Of a stretch of DNA of 64,000 nucleotides, positions 1 through 13,184 are shown piece after piece. How positions within the stretch are numbered: position 1 is the stretch's first letter; each line of letters begins with the position of its first letter. The translations under genes and the position numbers were made by a program. The stretch spans positions 357 through 64,356 of the forward strand of contig JBCCRT010000003.1 in the NCBI GenBank assembly GCA_039201235.1. Direction: 5' to 3'. Under the pieces are notes generated by a model. That model had not been told where the DNA came from. It saw nothing but the letters and a program-made list of their open reading frames with translations, and made no database searches. This DNA comes from Planctomycetota bacterium (GTDB taxonomy: Bacteria; Planctomycetota; Phycisphaerae; Phycisphaerales; Phycisphaeraceae).

Positions 1-376
1 CGTCGAACAGCCCGTCGAGCAGGGCCTTGAGGTAGAGGTTGGTGCCGCCGACGACGACCGGGGTCCGCCCCGCGTCGCGGGCCTCGGCGATCACCGCCTC
101 GGCCCGCCGCCGCCAGTCGTGTACGGTGAACCGCTGCGTCGGCTCGACCACATCGATCAGTTCGTGCGGCACCCGCTGGCGCAACTCCGGGGGCGGCTTG
201 GCGGTGCCGGCGTCGAGGTGGCGGTAGACCTGCATCGAGTCCGCGCCGACGACCGGACCGCCCAGGCGTTCGGCCAACGCGACCGCCAGCTCGGACTTGC
301 CGCCGGCGGTCGGGCCGAGGATTACGACGGCCGTAGGCCGGCGGTCGGGCGGGGAGGAATGGGCGTCACGCGGCAT
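1..376 (-). CDS. miaA: tRNA dimethylallyltransferase (5' part; runs off the window edge)
   Basis: Manual translation from ATG at 376: VVILGPTAGGKSELAVALA...ADSMQVYRHLDAGTAKP...VVVGGTNLYLKALLDGLFD, the hallmark MiaA motifs. Absent from the ORF track because the edge truncates it. Confidence 0.95.
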   Translation of the reverse strand, partial: MPRDAHSSPPDRRPTAVVILGPTAGGKSELAVALAERLGGPVVGADSMQVYRHLDAGTAKPPPELRQRVPHELIDVVEPTQRFTVHDWRRRAEAVIAEARDAGRTPVVVGGTNLYLKALLDGLFD

Positions 377-480
377 GGGCCGTCGCAGGATAAAGTAGCT
401 TCCACTCAATACGGCCGGTCGGATAGATTGGCGGTGACGGAAGCGGAATCGAGCGTCCACGGGTCGAGGCAAAGATACAG

Positions 481-1356
481 ATGAAAAAACCATTTGGATT
501 GAGAATCGGCGTGGCGGGATGGCTTTGGCTGGCGGCCGTGGGCAACCCCGCCGGGGCCGCGTTGCCGCCGGCGGCGGGGGCCGAGGACCCGGTGTCGCCG
601 CTGGAGGCGTTGATGCCCGAGCCGATGCCGGGGCCCGAGACGGACGCGGATTTGACCGTCGGGCGGTCGATGACGGTGGCGGTGGATGAGACGGGACCGC
701 TGGTGCTGGGCGTCGAGACCGACGAGCCCGGGCTGCTCACGGTCGTCGGCGTGAGCCGGCCGCGGATCGACCTGATGATCACGGTGGCCGATCGGCTCGG
801 GCAGGCGGTGATCGAGGGCGACATCGACCTGGACCCCGAGGAGCTGCCGGGCGGGGAGAAGGGCGTCGTGGCGCTGCCGCGGGCGGGCAAGTACCTGGTG
901 ATGCTCGAGAGCCTGGACGGCGCGGGGCGGGTGCGGGTCGAGTCGGGCTGGCTCCCGGTGCCCGAGGCGGACCGGCCGGCGGACCCCCACGGCGGGCCGG
1001 AGGACGCGATCCCGCTACGCGTCGGCGTGCGGCAGGACGAGTCGTTCGACGGCGGGAGCGGCGACCTGCGGGACTGGTACGTGCTCGAGCCGACACGCAA
1101 CGGGCTGCTGCGATTCCAGGCCCGTACGCCGGTGGGCAGCGAGACCGACCTGATCCTCGAGCGGTTCGACGCCGAGCGGTTCTGGGAATCGCTGGATTAC
1201 GCGGACAACGACGAGAACGAGGTCCTGGGCCACGAGTCGCTGGAGCTGGCGGTGAAGGCGGGCGAGGCGGTCTACTTCCGGGTCAGCACGTGGTCGACCC
1301 TGGACGTGGGGGGGCCGAAAGAGCCGTACTCGGTCACCGCCCGGTGGGCCGAGTGA
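481..1356 (+). CDS. secreted hypothetical protein with two PPC-like (pre-peptidase C-terminal) beta domains
   Basis: Signal peptide (WLWLAAVGNPAGA), then motifs 'D.RDWY.L', 'TDLILE.F', 'GEAVYFRV', typical of PPC-like modules. Confidence 0.6.
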   Translation: MKKPFGLRIGVAGWLWLAAVGNPAGAALPPAAGAEDPVSPLEALMPEPMPGPETDADLTVGRSMTVAVDETGPLVLGVETDEPGLLTVVGVSRPRIDLMITVADRLGQAVIEGDIDLDPEELPGGEKGVVALPRAGKYLVMLESLDGAGRVRVESGWLPVPEADRPADPHGGPEDAIPLRVGVRQDESFDGGSGDLRDWYVLEPTRNGLLRFQARTPVGSETDLILERFDAERFWESLDYADNDENEVLGHESLELAVKAGEAVYFRVSTWSTLDVGGPKEPYSVTARWAE

Positions 1357-1979
1357 ACGGGTCGGTCGCCGGCGACGGGGGCCCGGACCTGCGGTGGTTC
1401 ACGGCCGGGGCGATGACCGAGGCCGAATTCCGGGCGGCGTGCGTGTTGCACGCGTCGGCGTTTCCGCGGCCGGGGCGGACGGTAGACGACGTGGTGGCGA
1501 GCCGCGGCCCGGTGTGGATGCGTCACGCCGAGAACGGGGCCGAAATTCCGGGGGGTCCGCTGCGGAGCACAACGCCGGCGCGGCGGGCGGCGATCGTCGA
1601 CGCGGCCGGGGTGTGGCGGGCCAACGCCGCGACGATTACCCGCCGCCTCGCGACGCCCGCCGGGCCGATGACCGTGCTGGGGTTGCTCGACGTGGCGACC
1701 CGCCCCGACGACCGCGGTCGAGGTTTGGGGGCCCGGGTCGTGCGGGCCGCGTTCGGCCCGGTCGATCGCGGGGAGTGGCCGGCCTGCCTGTTCCAGACCG
1801 GCGACGCCCGCCGCTTCTACGAAAAACTCGGCGCCCGCGTCGTGGACAACCGCTTCGTCGATTCGACCGGCGACACCCCGGCGGGGGGAGCGGTCTTCGA
1901 GGACACCCACACCATGATCTACCCCGCCGACGCGGATTGGCCCACCGGCGAGATCGACACGCTCGGGCCGGGGTATTGA
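1353..1979 (+). CDS. GNAT family N-acetyltransferase
   Basis: Motif A 'DVATRPDDRGRGLG' and motif B 'RRFYEKLG'. The GTG start overlaps the upstream TGA (GTGA). Confidence 0.8.
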   Translation: MNGSVAGDGGPDLRWFTAGAMTEAEFRAACVLHASAFPRPGRTVDDVVASRGPVWMRHAENGAEIPGGPLRSTTPARRAAIVDAAGVWRANAATITRRLATPAGPMTVLGLLDVATRPDDRGRGLGARVVRAAFGPVDRGEWPACLFQTGDARRFYEKLGARVVDNRFVDSTGDTPAGGAVFEDTHTMIYPADADWPTGEIDTLGPGY

Positions 1980-2193
1980 GACGGCGGTTCATTTTGACGT
2001 CGAAAACGCGGCCGGATGCGGCTTTTTCTCGCAAAAACCGCGTTCGAACAATAAATCCCCGACGACCGGGGTATGTTTTAAAGGCGGCGTCGTGATGGAT
2101 CGACCCGGCCCGCCGGACCGATATGCTTCGCATGTTGGCCGTGAGTTTTGCCGCTCCTGCCGCTAACATTTCGGCGAGAGGTCGAAACCGCCC

Positions 2194-5019
<2,826 letters not shown>

Positions 5020-5560
5020 GCCACGCCCCCCGCGACCTCGAATCCGCCGGGCCGCTTCGCCGTCGCCTTTGCCGACCACCTCTTGTGTCCCGGCTACACC
5101 CTCCCCAGCGAGTCTGACCCCGCCGAATCGACCCCGCTCCTTGCCATCATCTGGCGGCCAACCACCGCAACACAGATCTCGCCGCCGCGTGTGAGGAATG
5201 TGTCGTGAAGCGGTAAGCAAATCGTGCGAGGTGAGGCTCGCCGAACCCCGCCGTTTACGCTGGACGGTTTTTTAAGGAATTCGTAGATCATCCGGCTCTT
5301 TCCGGGGGCTCGTTTCGCTCGACCCCAGCCACCCGCCACGGTACGGTTCGCCGTCTCGAGGGCCGCTTCAGGAGTTGGATATGCGGGATGAGAGCGTGCC
5401 GAGCCCAAAATGTGCGGGGACGCTAAGTTCATGCATTTTCATTTTTTAAAGACGATGCAGCCGTCCCGCCGACGCGTTTTGCATGAACGAATCGCTGTTG
5501 GCGGGCGGCTTCAGTAACGTCTGCACTGGTGGCCGGGCGGGAAATAAAACTACGCGATAT

Positions 5561-5589
5561 TTGAGACTGCGAATCAATCGTGCTATTCT
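5561..5589 (+). promoter_or_regulatory. putative sigma70 promoter overlapped by a TTGA-N9-TCAA palindromic operator
   Basis: TTGAGA (5561-5566), 17 nt, TATTCT (5584-5589) preceded by TG (extended -10). Palindrome TTGA gactgcgaa TCAA at 5561-5577. Confidence 0.5.
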
Positions 5590-5675
5590 CTGCTTTGCTC
5601 GGCACGTATCTCGTTGCAGCTACGCCGAAAACTTTTGTTGGCCCCGCTTTCAAGCGGTCCTTATGGAGGAATGAC

Positions 5676-6380
5676 ATGAATAACGCGTCGCGATTTTTCG
5701 TCCCGTCAACGCTGGCGGTTGGTCTGCTGGCTTGCGCGGTATCCAGCCACGCGACGGTGACCGGGGTGGCCGCGCCCGACACCCGCGGAGATTTGGGGAC
5801 TGGTTTTATCCAGTTCGATAAGTTCAACGCGGGGACCAGCCCCGTAGAGATTGGCAACGCCGATACGTTCGCCAGCGGAGGAGGCGTGACCGGCGACGTG
5901 ACTTTCACCTCGCAGCCGTTGCCGACACCTCCGTTTTCGCCTTTCAGCTCTCCTGGGGGCATCATTCCAGCCGGACTTACCGACAACCGGTTTTACCATC
6001 ACTTCTGGGGGGGGAATTGGGGCGTCACGCTCAATAATCCTGGCGTGGTCGAGAACGTACTCCTGCAACTCAAAGTTCTCGGTCCGGGTACAGGTTCGCC
6101 CGTGGCGACCATCGCCGGAAATCTGCCGACGAATTCTGTGCTTTACGATGACGGCGACGGCAACGCCATCGCCGCGTTTTACTGGGAAGATCTATCCCCG
6201 ATCGCGGCCAATGCGGGAATATCCATTGATCTAGAGCTGGCCCCGTTCGGGTTCTCTTCCTTCGATTCGTTCACCATTGATATCTCCGACACCGCGATCG
6301 GTCTCGTACCCGAACCCGCCTCTCTGGTTCTGCTGGGGCTTGGAGGTTCGGTCGTGCTGCTGCGGCGTCGCAGAGCGTGA
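5676..6380 (+). CDS. PEP-CTERM sorting domain protein
   Basis: RBS GGAGGA before ATG 5676; signal peptide; C-terminal VPEPASLVLLGLGGSVVLLRRRRA. Confidence 0.9.
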   Translation: MNNASRFFVPSTLAVGLLACAVSSHATVTGVAAPDTRGDLGTGFIQFDKFNAGTSPVEIGNADTFASGGGVTGDVTFTSQPLPTPPFSPFSSPGGIIPAGLTDNRFYHHFWGGNWGVTLNNPGVVENVLLQLKVLGPGTGSPVATIAGNLPTNSVLYDDGDGNAIAAFYWEDLSPIAANAGISIDLELAPFGFSSFDSFTIDISDTAIGLVPEPASLVLLGLGGSVVLLRRRRA

Positions 6381-6425
6381 AGGGTCGGTCGAGGCGTGGC
6401 CGTCCCGGTTTGATCAAAATGTTCC

Positions 6426-6455
6426 AAAGTGAGGCCTTCGGGTCTCATTTTTTTT
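6426..6455 (+). terminator. rho-independent terminator
   Basis: Stem aagtgaggcc / ggtctcattt (with G-U pairs), cUUCGg loop, then a T run. Confidence 0.75.
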
Positions 6456-6683
6456 GCGCCCGTCGTCTGCTTGTCACCTGCGATGGCTGGTGGGGACAAA
6501 GCGCGTTGAACACTGCCGGGCATCTGGCTGGGGCAGAATGCCCCGTGTGCTCAGTTCGGCTCAGCACATCGTGTGGCGTGAGGCTTGCCAAACCGCGTCC
6601 CGTCCCGGCGTGTCGTGAACGTGCCGCCTAAAATTATGCAAGTTAAACCGGATTGACGGCAAAATTCTTGAAGGAATGTTTCC

Positions 6684-7196
6684 ATGAACCCGACCCTCGT
6701 CAGCCCCGTCCGTTTGCTCGTCACGGCCGTCTGTCTCTCGGTGCTGCTCGCCTTGCCGAGCTTCGCCGCTCCGAGCAGGCCGAAGCCCAAGCCCGTGGAC
6801 GAGCACGTGAAGCTGTACAACGCGGCGTACGACGAGATTCACAAGCTCGAATTTTCGTCGGCCCAGGTGCTGCTGGAGCGTGCCTTGAGGCTGGAGCCCG
6901 ACTTCGCCGAGGCCCACAACAACCTGGCTTACACGCTGCGGAAGCAGGGCGAAGACCACTACGACAAGGCCCTGGAACACTACAACACGGCGATCGAACT
7001 CGACGAGGATCTCGCTGAGGCGTACATGTACCGGGGCGTTTTGTACGTTCAGACGGGCAGCAAAGACAGCGCGGCGGCCGACCTGCAAACGTTAACTGCG
7101 ATGGGTAGCAAACTTGCCTCCGAACTCGCCTACGTGATCGAAAACGGGGCCGAGAAGGCCCCCGAAGGTTTCTTCGGCGTCGCCGGCAAGAAATGA
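6684..7196 (+). CDS. secreted tetratricopeptide repeat protein
   Basis: Signal peptide; TPR consensus 'ALRLEPDFAEAHNNLAY' and 'AIELDEDLAEAYMYRG'. Confidence 0.85.
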   Translation: MNPTLVSPVRLLVTAVCLSVLLALPSFAAPSRPKPKPVDEHVKLYNAAYDEIHKLEFSSAQVLLERALRLEPDFAEAHNNLAYTLRKQGEDHYDKALEHYNTAIELDEDLAEAYMYRGVLYVQTGSKDSAAADLQTLTAMGSKLASELAYVIENGAEKAPEGFFGVAGKK

Positions 7197-7334
7197 ACGG
7201 CGGGGTTGCTGAAAACGAGTTAGAAGTCTCGGTTGACCTTGCCGCATAGAGAGGTTTTCGTACGTATCCGCGTTATTTTCGACGACGCGCTTACTTCCGG
7301 GGGAAGGTGGGGGTTAGTCACGCTAACGTTTGAT

Positions 7335-7973
7335 ATGAGCGCAACCGAACCAACAGGCCGGGCTTGGTGGCGATTCCGATGCCGTGTGTCGAGCGTGGCC
7401 GTTCTGGCCTTCATCGCGTCGATCGCCTGGGTTGGTGTCGCTTGTGGTCCCGCTCCGTCTCCGCCGGTAAGCCTGGCGGCGGAGACTTCGGTGGCGGACG
7501 AGTCGTTGGTGTTTCCCGAGCCGGCCGACACGATCAGCGACGAGAACCGGGCGATCCTCGACCCGTGGACCGGGGAGTGGCGGGGGGAGTTTGTGGTGTA
7601 CGCGGTGGACGGCGGCGTGCTGACCCGGCTGCAGGTCCGGCAGACGTATCGCTGGGACGGGGACATCCAGCGGGCGACGTTTCACGAGACGGATCCGGAA
7701 GGGAACGTGACGACGGCCGAGGCGGCGAACTACCAGGACGCGGAGGGGCGGCTGGTGTGTACGGTCGAGAAGAGCGGCGGCGAGCGGTCGCTGCACTTCG
7801 GGCGGCTGAGCGACGGGTATCTGTTCTGGTCGGCGGACCGGCCGGGCACGGCCGAGACGTTCCGGGAGCGGGTGGTGGGCCAGGGGGACGAAGCGACCTA
7901 CACGATCCACGGCCTCGGGGTCTACGACGGGACGCCGCTACTGTTCCACGGCGAATACGCCCGGCCCGGGTGA
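7335..7973 (+). CDS. putative lipoprotein / exported beta-barrel-like hypothetical protein
   Basis: Hydrophobic stretch ending in a lipobox-like GVAC; 'W.GEW.GEF' lipocalin-like start; GC3-biased codons. Start codon uncertain. Confidence 0.55.
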   Translation: MSATEPTGRAWWRFRCRVSSVAVLAFIASIAWVGVACGPAPSPPVSLAAETSVADESLVFPEPADTISDENRAILDPWTGEWRGEFVVYAVDGGVLTRLQVRQTYRWDGDIQRATFHETDPEGNVTTAEAANYQDAEGRLVCTVEKSGGERSLHFGRLSDGYLFWSADRPGTAETFRERVVGQGDEATYTIHGLGVYDGTPLLFHGEYARPG

Positions 7974-8158
7974 GCCGGCGGGTGGTGTCGGTTGGGGAAG
8001 CTGGGCGGGGTTGCGGAGGGGCGGCCCACGGACGGAATCGGTGGGCTTCGGGGTGAGGGGTTGGTGTTCGCGTTGACCAGCGGCTCAGACTTTGGGGTAG
8101 CACGACCGGGGATCGTGTGACATAATTTCGGGTCATTGTCGATCACGGGTACAGATTC

Positions 8159-8989
8159 ATGCGCGTACAGAAATTGGCTTCGCTGTTGGCGGCGGTGTTG
8201 TTGTGGGTCGGCGTGTCGGCCTGGGGCGGTTCGCCGCGGGATTACCAGGGGGTGGCGGAGCCGCTACGGACGGTGACGGTGCGGGCCGAGGCGAGCGGTC
8301 GTTTGCTGATGGACCGGATGGCGGCGGAGGGGGCGCTGCTGGTGCGGGGGGAGGTGCTGGCCGAGCAGGACGCGCGGGAGCAGGCGGGGGTGTTGGCGTT
8401 GGCGGAACTGCAGGCGGAGGACGGGCTGGCGATCCGGCGGGCGGAGGAGACGATCGAGGAACTGGAGATCCGCTACGAGCAGGCGCAGACGCTGCTGTCA
8501 CGGGGGGCGGGGGCGGAGTTTGAGATCCGACAGGCGCGGGTGCAGCTGGAGCTGGCGAAGATCGACGCGGCGATCGCGCGGCGAGAGCAGGAGGCGGCGC
8601 GTCTGCGGCGGGCGGTGGAGACGGCGCGGCTGGCGAAGTTCACGCTACGGGCCCCGTTCGACGGGCGGGTGATGCGTTTCGAGGCGTACGGCGGGTCGGG
8701 GCTGGCGCCGGGCGACCCGGTGGCGGTGTTCGCGGACCTCAGCCGGCTGAAGGTGGAGGTGTACCTGCCGGTGGACCGGTACGGCGAGATGCGGGCCGGG
8801 GAGGTCTACGGGTTGAACGCCGAGTCGCCGGTGAACGATCGGCTGGAGGCGGAGCTGATGTGGATCGACCCGATGATCGACCCGGCGAGCCAGACGTTCC
8901 GGTGCGTGTTCGAGATCGAGAACGGTGACAAGCGGCTGCCGTCGGGGTTCCGGGCGTGGCTGCCGGACGGGGGCGCGACGCGTGAGTGA
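8159..8989 (+). CDS. membrane-fusion (HlyD/RND periplasmic adaptor) protein
   Basis: Signal peptide, lipoyl half-motifs ('GEVLAEQD', 'LRAPFDGRV'), coiled coil, 'IDPMIDPASQTFRC'. Confidence 0.85.
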   Translation: MRVQKLASLLAAVLLWVGVSAWGGSPRDYQGVAEPLRTVTVRAEASGRLLMDRMAAEGALLVRGEVLAEQDAREQAGVLALAELQAEDGLAIRRAEETIEELEIRYEQAQTLLSRGAGAEFEIRQARVQLELAKIDAAIARREQEAARLRRAVETARLAKFTLRAPFDGRVMRFEAYGGSGLAPGDPVAVFADLSRLKVEVYLPVDRYGEMRAGEVYGLNAESPVNDRLEAELMWIDPMIDPASQTFRCVFEIENGDKRLPSGFRAWLPDGGATRE

Positions 8990-10928
8990 CGCCGAAGCGA
9001 CGAACACGGGGCCCGCGGCGGCGGGGTCGGGCGTGACGCAAGATTTGCGTCGGCGGTCGGCGGTCGAGGCGTTGGCGGATTTCGCGGGCCCGCCGGAGGC
9101 GTTTCTGACGAATCTGGTGGCTTTGCAGGGGGCGATGGTGGGGGCGGACCAAGGGGTGGTGCTGCGGTTTGCGCCCGGGGCGGGGGCGCGGGTGGTGGCG
9201 AGCTACGACCCGCAGCACGACGAGCTGCCGCCGGCGTGGGTGGGCGCGGCGGCGCAGCGGGCGGGGCAGGTGTTTTCGAGTCCGCGGGCGCTGCTGCTAC
9301 GGGCGCGGTCCGCCGCGGAGACGCGGGTCTGGCTGGTGCTGCTGGCGCTGCCGGCGGCGGCGGGGCTGGACCCCGGGGGCGGGCGGTTCATGTCGGCGTT
9401 GTGTCTGGCGGGCGAAGACCGGGCGGCGGCCGAGCGAGCGGCGCGGGAGCTGGGATCGACCGTGGCGATCGTCAAAGCATACGACGCGCGGCGCGAGGTG
9501 GGCCGGCGTCAGGACGGGATCGACCGGCTGACCGAGTCGATCGACTTGTTGGCGGCGCTCGGCGCGAGCCGGCGTTTCCGCGAGGCCGCGATGACGCTGT
9601 GCAATGAGGTGGCTTCGCGTCACCACGCCCACCGCGTCAGCCTCGGCTGGTTCTCCTCACCCGAAACCCCCGGAGGTGGGGGGCATACGGGCGGGGGGGT
9701 CAGACTCATTGCGATGAGCCGCACCGAGCGGGTGAACCGGCGGATGAAGCTGGTGCAGGACCTCGAGGCGGCGATGGAGGAGGCGGCGGACCAAGACACC
9801 GAGGTGTTCTGGCCGTCGCCGCCGGAGCTGCCGGTGGTCGGCCGGGACCACGCCGGGTTGGTGAAACACCACGGCAGCAGCCACGTCGTGTCGCTGCCGC
9901 TCCGCCACGGCAGCGCGGGGGTGGTGGCGGTGCTGCTGGTGGAGTGGTCGGCGGTGGAGGGCCGGCCCGAGACCGCGCCGGGCCCGGACGCGGTGGAGCG
10001 GCTGCGTCTGCTGGCGGAGCTGGCGACGCCGCTGCTGGGGCAGCTCCACGACAAGGACCGCTGGCTGCCGGTCAAGGCGCGGGACGCGGCGCGGCGGGGC
10101 CTGGGTCACGTCCTGGGCAGCGAGTACACCTGGGCGAAGCTGGCGGCGGTGGGGCTGTTGGCGGCGGGGCTTTGGGTGACCCTGGCGCGGGGGACGGACC
10201 ACGTGAAATCGACGTTCGTGACCGAGGCGGCGGAGCGTCAGCTGGTGACCGCGCCGTTCGCGGGGTACCTGGACGCGGTGCACGTCGGGCCGGGGGACCG
10301 GGTGGAGTCGGGTTCGACGGTGCTGGCGGAGCTGGACACGGCGGAGATGCGGCTGGAGGCGGCGCGGCTGTCGGCGGAGGAGGCGTCGCTGCGGCAGCGG
10401 GCGGAGCGGGCGCGGGGCGAGCGGGACCTGGCCGGGGTGCGGGTGGCGCTGGCCGAGGCCGAGGCGGTGGCGGCGCAGGGGGATTTGGTGCGCAGCCAGA
10501 TCGAGCAGGCGTCGCTGCGTTCGGGGCTGGCGGGGGTGGTGGTGCAGGGCGACCTGAAGCGTCAGCTGGGGCGGGCGGTGACGGAGGGCGAGACGCTGTT
10601 TGAGGTCGCGCCGCTGGAGTCGCTGCGGGCGGAGCTATACGTGCCTGAGGCCCGGGCGGGCGAGGTGACGCCGGGCATGCGGGGTGAGCTGGCGACGACG
10701 ACGTACCCGGACCAGCGGGTGGGGTTCCGGGTGGTGCGGATCGAGCCGGCAGCGCGGGTGGAGCAGGGGCGTAACGTCTTCGCGGTCGAGGTCGAGCTGG
10801 ACCGCCAGCCCGGGTGGATGCGCCCCGGCATGACCGGCGCCGCGAGGATCACGGCCGGCGAAGACCGCTACGTCACGCTGTGGACCCGCGACGCGGTGAA
10901 CTGGCTGCGTATGAAGCTCTGGTTGTAG
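8982..10928 (+). CDS. GAF-like domain + TM + HlyD-family adaptor protein
   Basis: GTG start overlaps the upstream gene. GAF-like 'VVSLPLR...VVAVLLVE', one TM, 'TAPFAGYLDAVHVGPGDRV', 'RPGMTGAARI'. Confidence 0.8.
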   Translation: MSDAEATNTGPAAAGSGVTQDLRRRSAVEALADFAGPPEAFLTNLVALQGAMVGADQGVVLRFAPGAGARVVASYDPQHDELPPAWVGAAAQRAGQVFSSPRALLLRARSAAETRVWLVLLALPAAAGLDPGGGRFMSALCLAGEDRAAAERAARELGSTVAIVKAYDARREVGRRQDGIDRLTESIDLLAALGASRRFREAAMTLCNEVASRHHAHRVSLGWFSSPETPGGGGHTGGGVRLIAMSRTERVNRRMKLVQDLEAAMEEAADQDTEVFWPSPPELPVVGRDHAGLVKHHGSSHVVSLPLRHGSAGVVAVLLVEWSAVEGRPETAPGPDAVERLRLLAELATPLLGQLHDKDRWLPVKARDAARRGLGHVLGSEYTWAKLAAVGLLAAGLWVTLARGTDHVKSTFVTEAAERQLVTAPFAGYLDAVHVGPGDRVESGSTVLAELDTAEMRLEAARLSAEEASLRQRAERARGERDLAGVRVALAEAEAVAAQGDLVRSQIEQASLRSGLAGVVVQGDLKRQLGRAVTEGETLFEVAPLESLRAELYVPEARAGEVTPGMRGELATTTYPDQRVGFRVVRIEPAARVEQGRNVFAVEVELDRQPGWMRPGMTGAARITAGEDRYVTLWTRDAVNWLRMKLWL

Positions 10929-10940
10929 ATAAGAACCGCT

Positions 10941-13184
10941 TTGGCCTTCGACCGCCCCACCTACGACGAGTCCTGGCACCGCGTGGCCGACACCCGGCCG
11001 CGGCTGCGGCCGACGGTCCAGGTGGTCCGCCAGACCTACCGGGGGCGGACGTGGCACGTCCTGCAGGACCCGGGCAACAACCAGCACTTCCGTGTCGGGC
11101 CGGCGGGCCACCGCTTCGTCGGCATGCTCGACGGCCGACGCACCGTGGGCCAGGTCTGGGAGGCGGTGGGGCAGCAGCTCGGCGACGACGCGCCGACCCA
11201 GGGCGAGGCGCTGCGGCTGCTGGGTCAACTGCACACCAGCAACCTGCTGGACCGCGACCTGCCGCCCGACGCCCGGCGGATGTTCGAGCGGCGGCAGAAG
11301 CGCGTCCGCAAGGAGGTCGGCGGATACCTCAAGAACGTGCTGTTCGCCCGGGTGCCGATCTGGGACCCCGACCGGTTTTTGAACCGCTGGTCGCCCGCGG
11401 TGGACTGGGTCTTCGGCCCGATCGGCATCGCGTTGTGGCTGGTGCTGATCGGCGTCGGCGTGTGGTCGCTGATCGGTGGCGGCGACGCGCTGTGGAGCCA
11501 GGGCGGCAACGTGCTGGCGCCCGGCAACCTGCCCTGGCTGTACGCCTGTTTCGTCGGGATCAAGGCGTGGCACGAGCTGGGGCACGCCTTCGCGTGCAAG
11601 CGGTTCGGCCGGCGGCGGCACGGGCGGGGCGAGGTCCACACGGTGGGCATCATGTTGATGGTGCTGACCCCCGTGCCCTACGTCGACGCGACCAGCGCCT
11701 GGGCGCTGCCGAGCAAGTGGCAGCGGGCGTTCGTCGGCGCGGCGGGCATGTACGCCGAGTTGGCGGTCGCGGCCGTGGCCGCCGTCGTCTGGTCGCAGAC
11801 CGCCGAGGGCACGCTCGCCCACGGGCTGGCGTACAACCTGATGTTCATCGCCGGGGTCTCGACGCTGCTGTTCAACGCCAACCCGCTGATCAAGTTCGAC
11901 GGCTACTACATCCTGTCGGACCTGATCGAGATGCCGAACCTCAACCAGCGGGCGACGCGGTACCTGACCTACCTCGTGCGGCGTTTCGCCTACGGCGTCC
12001 GCCAACTGCTGAATCCCGCGCACACCCGCGGCGAGAAACTCGTGTTCGTGGTCTACGGGCTGGCGGCGTTGGCGTACCGCGTGTTCCTCGGCGTGGTGAT
12101 CGTGATGTTCGTCGCCGACAAGCTGTTCTTCGTCGGGGCGTTGCTGGCGATCATGGCGGTGGTGGGGTATGTGGTCGTGCCGGCGTCAAAGCTGCTGCAC
12201 TACGTCACAGCGTCGGCGGAGCCGGCTCGGGTGCGGGGGCGCACGGTGCTGGCGACGCTGGCGATGGCGGGGGTTCCGGTGGCGGTGCTGGCGCTGGTGC
12301 CCGTGCCGGACCGGCCGCGGGCGTCGGGGGTGTTGGAAGCGCGGCAGCGGGCGGTGGTCCACGCCGAGGCGGGGGGGACGCTCACGCAGCTCGCGCCGAC
12401 GGGGTCGGTGGTGGCGGCGGGGGACGTGCTGTTCCGGGCCGAGTCGCCGGAGGCCGAGGCGAAAGTGCGGGAATTGGAAGCCAAGCTCGAGGCGCTGCGG
12501 ATGCGGTACCAGCAGGCGGTCACCGGCGAGCCGAGCGAGCAGCAGGTGCTGGTGCGTCAGCTCGCGGCGACGGGGGAGATGCTCGACCGGGCCCGGCGGG
12601 ACCGCGACGCGTTGACGGCTTACGCACCGTTCGCCGGGGTCTGGACGGCCGGGCTCGACGACGACGTGCGGGGCCATTACCTGCGGCGTGGCGACACGGT
12701 CGGGGTGCTGCGGCGGGCGGGCGACCCGGTGGTGCGGGTGGCGGCGGACCAGTACGAGGGGCCGCGGCTGGCGGCGGCCGACGAGCGGGTCGAGGTCCGG
12801 TTAGCGGGCCGGCCGGACGCGCACTTCCGGGGGCGGGTGGTCGAGGCGTTGGCGGCGGGGCAGCGGCGGCTGCCGTCGGCGGCGCTGGGCCAGCCCGCGG
12901 GCGGTCCGATCGCGGTCGATCCGGCCGACGCCGAGGGGAGGACGGCGGCCGAGCCGTTCTTCGCGTTCCGCATCGAGCCGGTGGGCACCGGCCCGACCGA
13001 CGCGGCGGGACAACCGATCACGACGTATCGCCTGGCGGACCATCAGCGGCTGGTCGTGCGTTTCGAGCTGCCGCCCCGGCCGCTGCTGTCGCAGTGGAGC
13101 CGGCGGGCGCGGCAGGCGTTGCAGCAACGTTTCCAGGTACCGGTCGACCCCGACGCCCCGCTGTTCGGGGGGGCGCCGCTGTGA
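10941..13184 (+). CDS. PqqD-like + M50 (site-2) metalloprotease + HlyD adaptor fusion
   Basis: N-terminal PqqD-like 'MLDGRRTVGQVW'; HELGH and NANPLIKFDGYY zinc motifs among TM helices; C-terminal lipoyl/coiled-coil adaptor. Confidence 0.85.
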   Translation: MAFDRPTYDESWHRVADTRPRLRPTVQVVRQTYRGRTWHVLQDPGNNQHFRVGPAGHRFVGMLDGRRTVGQVWEAVGQQLGDDAPTQGEALRLLGQLHTSNLLDRDLPPDARRMFERRQKRVRKEVGGYLKNVLFARVPIWDPDRFLNRWSPAVDWVFGPIGIALWLVLIGVGVWSLIGGGDALWSQGGNVLAPGNLPWLYACFVGIKAWHELGHAFACKRFGRRRHGRGEVHTVGIMLMVLTPVPYVDATSAWALPSKWQRAFVGAAGMYAELAVAAVAAVVWSQTAEGTLAHGLAYNLMFIAGVSTLLFNANPLIKFDGYYILSDLIEMPNLNQRATRYLTYLVRRFAYGVRQLLNPAHTRGEKLVFVVYGLAALAYRVFLGVVIVMFVADKLFFVGALLAIMAVVGYVVVPASKLLHYVTASAEPARVRGRTVLATLAMAGVPVAVLALVPVPDRPRASGVLEARQRAVVHAEAGGTLTQLAPTGSVVAAGDVLFRAESPEAEAKVRELEAKLEALRMRYQQAVTGEPSEQQVLVRQLAATGEMLDRARRDRDALTAYAPFAGVWTAGLDDDVRGHYLRRGDTVGVLRRAGDPVVRVAADQYEGPRLAAADERVEVRLAGRPDAHFRGRVVEALAAGQRRLPSAALGQPAGGPIAVDPADAEGRTAAEPFFAFRIEPVGTGPTDAAGQPITTYRLADHQRLVVRFELPPRPLLSQWSRRARQALQQRFQVPVDPDAPLFGGAPL

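Noticed and set aside
6545-6570. 'gtgtgctcagttcggctcagcaca', resembling a tRNA D-arm or a second att fragment
   Set aside because: Only a short imperfect hairpin; no continued match to tRNA-Gly and no cloverleaf.
10814-13180. Apparent 790-aa N-terminal extension of SecA (1480-aa ORF)
   Set aside because: Arg/Gly/Ala-rich off-frame read of the M50 gene; the real start is the coupled GTG at 13181.
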